In this document: positions 60,921-64,000 of the stretch, one piece after another
Layout: every line of letters starts with the position of its first letter
Numbering within the stretch: position 1 is the stretch's first letter
From: the human T2T-CHM13v2.0 reference genome, Homo sapiens
Length of the DNA stretch: 64,000 bases
Assembly (NCBI RefSeq): GCF_009914755.1
Contig: NC_060933.1
Reading direction: 5' to 3' (one strand)
Program-made: the position numbers and the translations under genes
Notes under the pieces: generated by a model
Told to the model about the DNA's origin: nothing
What the model saw: the letters and a program-made list of their open reading frames with translations, nothing else
Database searches by the model: none

Positions 60921-62459
60921 CTATTCCTTCTTAGGGACAGGCTTGCTCATATTTTTCTATAGTTTTGGGGACACCTTCATAACCTCCCATTAATTTTCTT
61001 AAGTAGCCAGAGTTCCTGTTGCTCACAACCAAAGAACCTGGACTGACACAAGGGTTTGCTCCATGCCAGACACACTAGGCCTCACCCTCCCTGAGAGAAA
61101 GAATTATTAGGTTTCCATTTTGCAGATAAAGAGACTGATGTTGACAGTCTTACACACCAAAAACACACGGCCAGTCAATGCTGGAGCAAGCATTTAAATC
61201 AAAATCAGAACCCAGAGCGCAGTCTCTCTCCTTTTTGTCCCTTCATATCACCAATCCAGAGCCCTGCCATTCAGGTATAAGCTGCTGCTTCTAGATCTCA
61301 CATTGGTATGATTTACAGTTTACACAATGTTTTCACACACAACAATACAGGTAATCCTCATGGCCACCTGGGAGGTAGATATCTTCATGACACGGGAAAA
61401 TAGATTTACTGCAAGTCTGGTCAACCCACTTTTTTCCCTGCTTAAAACCGTTCTGTGACTCAACACAGCCTACAAGATCAGTCCAAAGGCTCAGCGTGGT
61501 ATTCCAGGCCCTGTGGCGCCCAGGACCGGGGCCTCAGGCCTGCCACTCCCTTTCTTGCACTTGGAGCTCCAGCCATATGGAACGACTCACAATTCCCTGA
61601 AGCTCACCAGACCGGTCTGGGGCCCTGAGCCCTAAACCACTGGGATGTCACCTTCCCGTCCTCACCCCAAGTTATGGTTGGTGAATGCCTACTTAACTTC
61701 CACTGGACTGGCCTTCATCTCATGCCTATGAAGGTGATCCCTACTTACCTTCCAGACACAAACACAGCCCATCTTCCTCTCAAGCCTCTTCTGTACCAAT
61801 ACCCCCACTGTACCCTAGACAAGAATCTGGGGTGGCTCTAGCATTATTAGATATTGTAGTGAACCCTGGTGTTGACTCTTCAATATTTTTCCACTCCAAA
61901 GGTCATTTTAATCCGTTCCTGTAATCTCAACCTTCCTGTGACTAGTCACAAATGGCCATGGGATTTACCACGTTTCTGATTTATTAGTGCTCTTCTCTGC
62001 TCACCTGCGAGACTTGGGCCATGTTCTCAAGACTTCAGCCAGCTCTGTGCCCGTGTTCACCTGGAACCCCTTTCCTAATAGAGCCCGGGAACTGATGAAG
62101 CCTCCTTTGCTGCTTCCTGAGAGGGAGCCACACTCAAGGCCAGCCCGAGGCCAGCAGGCCACAGCTCTTGCTCTCGGGTGTCTGAGGGAGGAGGGAGTCC
62201 CTGTGGTCCTCCATTTCCTCCACCCTCCTGGCTGCTGGGGCTTCCCCTTTCGACCCCTGCCTAGCCATGCCTCGATTCTATTCCCTTCTCTACCTCGCCA
62301 CTATCCCCTCACCATCAGAACCTCTCTGTCCTGGGTCTCTTTACGTCACAGCAAGCGCTTGTTAGCTGATTAACAATTAGCCATGGCCATGAGTTCATAG
62401 GCTCACCCCAAGGACTGGGCACCCCCTCCGAACTGTTTGTACATTCACAGGGAATTCGC

Positions 62460-62960
<501 letters not shown>

Positions 62961-63430
62961 GGCACCTGTGAGGCTTACGGGGTGAGGACTCAGTAGTGAC
63001 TGGGATGTGGCCTTGCCTTCTCTGCCTTCTGAAGAGCCAGTTCTGTTTGTTCAGCTCCTCCTATGAAAGGGCAACAGGACTTTCTGGGATTTTCAGGCAT
63101 AACCCTGAAGTTCAGGTAGAAGTTGTTTTCCCCAAATCTTTTGAGCCAGGGGCTTGTAGCCTTCCCAAAAGGGAACACAGTGGACGCATGGCTAGCGGGG
63201 ACCGAAAGCGGAAGCCCGAGCAGCCGGCTATCAACCCTCGTTTGTAGCAATACCTCTGCGGGGTGTGTGAGAGATCAAAAGCTCACAATATTGTGGGGAG
63301 CACTGAAGAGGGCCTAAGCCCCAAGCAGGATGAGTCAAGAGGATTCTGGCTCCTGAGCACTGTAAGCAGATGCCAAAGAGGCATCTCTGGCCCCTTCATG
63401 AGGTGGGCCTGTGATGCCAGGTGGCCAAGC

Positions 63431-63444
63431 CCACTAGGTGGCAG
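63431..63444 (+). promoter_or_regulatory. CTCF core motif
   Basis: CCACTAGGTGGCAG matches the consensus CCASYAGRKGGCRS at every position, in non-repeat sequence. Confidence 0.65.
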
Positions 63445-64000
63445 CAGAGAACCAGTCAGTGGCCAGCAAGGTCTAGCAGGTACAAATCCTAACCCTGGGG
63501 CTGGTGTGGGGGCTGAGCTGCCTCACAGTAACAGTTCACACTATTGTTGCTAGGCGTATTCTGTGCCACGTGCTGTACCAAGCACTTCCAACAGGATCTC
63601 GTTTAACTCTCACCATGAACCTATGAAGCAGATGCTGCTATTATCCCTTTCATTTCAGATGCGTGCACTGGGGCTTTCAGAGGTTTGAGATTTGCCCAAG
63701 GTCACACACACTGAAGAGATGAAGTGCAAGTGGTTTGGACTCTAGAGCTCCTGCTGTTAGTTTGGGACTAGATTGCCAGGGGAGAAAAGGAAGCCACTTG
63801 GAAGTGTTGAAAATGAAGGCAGGTAGGGCCTGACTTGGGCTGGCTTTGGTGTGGACTCTGAGGCCCAAGGCCGGCTCAAAAACAGAGACTAAGAGCCTAG
63901 TTAGAGGGAACTTCTAGGGGGCTTCCGGGAAACAGGATGTGGTAGGTTTTTCAAGTTGAGGTGCCCAGGGAACCCCTATTTGAAGAAGCGATCGCCAGCT

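Overview
Primate (human or great-ape) genomic DNA. Positions ~1-10300 hold the 5' part of ERMP1 (ER metallopeptidase 1, M28 family) on the minus strand. Four coding exons (338+302+128+106 nt) splice in frame with canonical GT-AG sites, and a CpG-island promoter lies at ~9650-10420. From recalled human 9p24.1 synteny, the remaining ~54 kb is the repeat-rich interval towards MLANA; no MLANA exon is visible in the window. That interval holds a decayed AK4 processed pseudogene (minus, ~31425-33765), many Alus, MIR/L2/L1 remnants, solo LTRs (LTR12, MER34-like, MER21, MER72, MLT1, MST), DNA-transposon MITEs (MER85, MER30, MER5, MER82) and microsatellites. Almost all supplied ORFs are Alu- or GC-driven noise. 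I see no clear-cut new multi-gene system. The best unexplained signals are a multi-hairpin, SOX-motif-rich element at 43380-43620; two 31-36 bp templated insertions each copied from ~1.2 kb away; a tandem duplication creating twin octamer motifs; an LTR12 promoter pointing at ERMP1; a MER85 with an intact CSB-PGBD3 palindrome; and scattered MITF M-boxes plus a perfect CTCF core. Repeat family names come from recalled consensus sequences and need RepeatMasker/Dfam confirmation.
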